Part shown: in pieces, positions 47,420 through 49,690 of the stretch | How the letters are laid out: each line of letters starts with the position of its first letter | How positions within the stretch are numbered: the first letter of the stretch is position 1 | Assembly (NCBI GenBank): GCA_036170655.1 | Contig: JAVHPP010000050.1 | Coordinates: forward strand, 1 to 49,690 | Reading direction: 5' to 3' | From: Candidatus Zixiibacteriota bacterium | Lineage (GTDB): Bacteria; Zixibacteria; MSB-5A5; WJJR01 | Length of the DNA: 49,690 bases | Notes under the pieces: generated by a model | Seen by the model: the letters and a program-made list of their open reading frames with translations, nothing else | Database searches by the model: none | Told to the model about the DNA's origin: nothing | Program-made: the position numbers and the translations under genes

Positions 47420-47827
47420 ATGGGTAGAATCATCTTGGGCGCTATCGTCGGATTTGTCGCGTGGTCCGCAATTTGGGTGGGAAGCGAGAAGGCCATGTCC
47501 GCGATTTGGCCGGATTGGTATGGCGTCCATCAAGCGGCATTCGAGAAGGCCGTTACAGAAGGCGGCGACTTCACGCCGGACACGACAATCCTCGTGATGA
47601 ACGTCATCCGCGGCTCGATCCTTGCGATTCTGTGCGGATTTCTCGCGGCGGTCATCGCCCGCGAAAACAGACGCTCGCCGCTGATCCTCGGCATACTGCT
47701 GGCCGCTTTCTGCGTAATGATCATGTCGATGTCGATGAGCTACATCCCGATCTGGTATCCGATTATTTTCACGGTCGTCATGATTCCGATGGCGATGCTG
47801 GGTGGGAAATGGAAGAGGAGCTCGTGA
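47420..47827 (+). CDS. Small integral membrane protein
   Basis: ATG after AGGAG and four hydrophobic segments. Confidence 0.75.
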   Translation: MGRIILGAIVGFVAWSAIWVGSEKAMSAIWPDWYGVHQAAFEKAVTEGGDFTPDTTILVMNVIRGSILAILCGFLAAVIARENRRSPLILGILLAAFCVMIMSMSMSYIPIWYPIIFTVVMIPMAMLGGKWKRSS

Positions 47828-47941
47828 CCGATCCGCAAGCCGTGGGTGCACGGCTTCAATTCCATGGTCCGTTCCTGCCAACTTTTACAAACGATTCACC
47901 GTCGAGGCGATAGAGCCCCAACTATCCACCTGCCCACAGTT

Positions 47942-48025
47942 CGTAGGGTGCGTACGCTCTTTGTACGCACCGTTCTTCCGGGCCATGCAAACAGCGGTGC
48001 GTGCAGAAAGCGCACGCACCCTACG
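47942..48025. repeat. GTAG-family REP doublet (REPIN-like)
   Basis: CGTAGGGTGCGTACGCTCTTTGTACGCACCG (47942-47972) and an inverted copy at 47995-48025 with four differences. Confidence 0.75.
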
Positions 48026-48170
48026 GATTACTGACGGGAAACACTTGGTTGAAGAAGGATTCTGACACGATTCACCGAGGGGCAGTCCGTGTCCGACAGC
48101 ACATGAACTCCCGATGTTAGTACTGCAGGTAAAGTGTAGTTTCGTCAGCGATCAGAGTGGGAGGCAGAAA

Positions 48171-48254
48171 GTGGTCACAATTTGGCCACAGCACGACTTA
48201 AGCCTATGTCCCGTAACGCAAATCGGGGGTTCGATTCCCCCCGCCTCCACCAAT
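48171..48254 (+). repeat. att copy 2: arm-like sites plus tmRNA 3'-end core
   Basis: GTGGTCACAATTTGGCCACA at 48171 and the core at 48224-48254. The whole block recurs 1370 bp downstream. Confidence 0.88.
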
Positions 48255-48439
48255 ACAATTCATTGTACCTCAATATGTTACGGGGCGGATGGGGGCTTGT
48301 CCCCCTCGTTGCCCCCGCCTATCGTTCAATCTCATGGAATAACGCGCAATAATTCTGGTCACGATTTGGCCACACCTATCGATGCGCGGTGATCCGTGGC
48401 CTAATGGACTCTCCTCTGTGAATTGGCTTGACAGTCGTA

Positions 48440-48471
48440 CTCATTTTGAGATCAATTGATCTCAAGATGAG
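48440..48471. promoter_or_regulatory. Autoregulatory operator palindrome of the TA operon
   Basis: Perfect 20-bp TTGAGATCAATTGATCTCAA (48446-48465) inside CTCAT...ATGAG. TTGACA at 48428-48433. Confidence 0.7.
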
Positions 48472-49090
48472 ATCAACGAGTTCATCGCAAAGACCGAAGC
48501 GAACGGCAGGCGAGATCCTCTTCTCCAAGATTCGGAGGCAGCTTCTCACGACGTTCCTGTCTGCTCCTGACCGCCGCTTGTATTTTCGCGAGATTGCTCG
48601 GCTTGTCCGAGGATCACCTGGCACCGTACAGCGCGAGTTGGCTGCGCTCACCCAAGCCGGGGTTCTCAGATCGGAACTCGTCGGCCGTCAACGCTATTAC
48701 TCCGCCGATGGCGAGTGCCCCATCTTCCCCGAGCTTCGTGCCATCGTCGCGAAGACCTTCGGCATCGCCGATACTCTTCGGGTCGCGCTACATCCGCAAT
48801 CGCGCAAGATCAAGATCGCCTTTGTCTACGGGTCAATCGCCTCAGAGACTCAGACAGGACGCAGTGACGTTGACGTTATGGTCGTTGGCAGTGTGAAGCT
48901 GCGCGAGCTGGCTTCTGCTTTGGAGAGGACTGAGCACGTGCTGGGCAGGCCGGTCAATCCATCGGTGTTCTCGCAAAAGGAGTTTGTCGAGAAGATTCAA
49001 AGGAAGAACCACTTCGTGCTCAGCGTGCTGGCTTCAGACAAGATCTTCCTCATCGGGGGTCCGGATGACATTGGCCGACTGGCTGAATAG
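48467..49090 (+). CDS. wHTH plus minimal nucleotidyltransferase (MNT) antitoxin
   Basis: LFSK.R..LL, YFREIAR...GTVQREL..L helix-turn-helix, and AFVYGSIA......SDVDVMVVG. Confidence 0.88.
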   Translation: MRSTSSSQRPKRTAGEILFSKIRRQLLTTFLSAPDRRLYFREIARLVRGSPGTVQRELAALTQAGVLRSELVGRQRYYSADGECPIFPELRAIVAKTFGIADTLRVALHPQSRKIKIAFVYGSIASETQTGRSDVDVMVVGSVKLRELASALERTEHVLGRPVNPSVFSQKEFVEKIQRKNHFVLSVLASDKIFLIGGPDDIGRLAE

Positions 49091-49505
49091 CGGCTGGCTG
49101 AAGACTCACACAACCAGCGCTGCCGAGGTGGAGACTCTCCTCGAGAAAGTCGAACGCGACATTGCGGAAGCCGGGAAATTCGAGATTTCCGCAGACTGGC
49201 GGCTCGCCATCGCATACAACGCCTGTCTCGGCTGTGCCACGGTTGCTCTGCGCGCCAGCGGATACCGCGCACCTGAAGGCGACGGCCATCATTACCGCAC
49301 AATCGAGTCCTTGAGATTCACTCTGAAACCAGCTGCCGGCCTGATCCCTACCCTCCACGCATTTCGGAAGAAACGGAGCATCGTCAGTTACGACGCAGCC
49401 GGCACGGTCTCGGAGACCGAGGTAACCGAAGTGCTGAAACTCGCTCGTGAGCTTGTGAAGCGACTGCAGGACTGGCTCAGAGCGCAGCATCCTGAACTGC
49501 TATAG
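49065..49505 (+). CDS. HEPN-domain toxin
   Basis: Overlaps the MNT gene. Has AYNA, L.ASGYR, GHH and RKKRS..SYD (R-X4-Y HEPN-type motif). Confidence 0.78.
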   Translation: MTLADWLNSGWLKTHTTSAAEVETLLEKVERDIAEAGKFEISADWRLAIAYNACLGCATVALRASGYRAPEGDGHHYRTIESLRFTLKPAAGLIPTLHAFRKKRSIVSYDAAGTVSETEVTEVLKLARELVKRLQDWLRAQHPELL

Positions 49506-49540
49506 ACCCAGCGACCGCCTTGGCCATCTGTGTGCAAAAA

Positions 49541-49619
49541 GTGGTCACAATTTGGCCACAGTACCATCTAACCCCATGTCCTGTATCGCGAATTGGGGGT
49601 TCGATTCCCCCCGCCTCCA
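49541..49619 (+). repeat. att copy 3: arm-like sites plus tmRNA 3'-end core
   Basis: GTGGTCACAATTTGGCCACA at 49541 and GGGGGTTCGATTCCCCCCGCCTCCA at 49595-49619. Confidence 0.88.
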
Positions 49620-49628
49620 TTCTGTGTC

Positions 49629-49656
49629 GCTCGGCGGCGCAAAGCGCCGCCTGAGC
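49629..49656 (+). terminator. GC-rich hairpin after the last att (possibly the displaced native ssrA downstream hairpin)
   Basis: GCTC-GGCGGCGC-AAA-GCGCCGCC-T-GAGC. There is no clear U-tract. Confidence 0.45.
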
Positions 49657-49690
49657 TATGCAGAATGCCCTTCGAAGCAAACAGCGCCTT

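Larger units (their letters stand above)
45386..48223. mobile_element. Integrase-less island remnant 1 inserted at ssrA
   Basis: Bounded by identical 31-nt tmRNA 3'-end repeats. Carries accessory genes and no integrase ORF. Confidence 0.75.
48255..49594. mobile_element. Integrase-less mini-island 2 carrying an MNT-HEPN TA pair
   Basis: Flanked by att cores, with arm-like TGGTCAC(A/G)ATTTGGCCACA near both ends (48356 and 49542). Confidence 0.8.

Noticed and set aside
48224..48254. tRNA-like T-arm and CCA (also at 49595)
   Set aside because: There is no D-arm, anticodon arm or 5' acceptor strand. These are att duplicates of the tmRNA end.
1..49690. CRISPR array, rRNA or tRNA genes, integrase or transposase ORFs
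   Set aside because: None was seen by eye. There are no regularly spaced direct repeats other than the three att copies.

Overview
GC-rich bacterial chromosome segment. The tmRNA tag (ANDYSYALAA) hints at an FCB-group host rather than Geobacter; this is an inference. Bases 1-21 kb hold housekeeping and accessory genes: a HEAT/cyclophilin fusion, a DUF355 adenosine-kinase-like gene, larE-larB, pterin dehydratase, OmpA, thiolase, an AlkD-like gene, ADP-forming acyl-CoA synthetase, thiN, an rmuC-Omp85-ABC-FG-GAP operon, two hemerythrins and a GNAT. Two candidate unannotated structured RNAs sit in this region (about 6.0 kb and 10.9 kb). The main feature is an 18.5-kb minus-strand cluster (22.5-41.0 kb) that looks like a complete extracellular electron-transfer system. 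It encodes a 42-CXXCH periplasmic cytochrome, a further 6(+1)-heme cytochrome, an outer-membrane beta-barrel, two CsgG/TolB-N-like envelope proteins, an NHL propeller, an OmcS-like hexaheme nanowire cytochrome, a 7-heme OmcS paralog, two CbcL-like c/b fusions and a NapC-type 17(+1)-heme cytochrome. I counted 108 canonical CXXCH motifs by hand, and Rex/CRP-type boxes lie upstream of each transcription unit. At the right end are DUF885, HDOD, a methyltransferase and tmRNA (ssrA), followed by two tandem integrase-less mini-islands bounded by repeats of the tmRNA 3' end. The second island carries only an MNT-HEPN toxin-antitoxin pair. All family calls come from motif recognition by eye, with no database searches.
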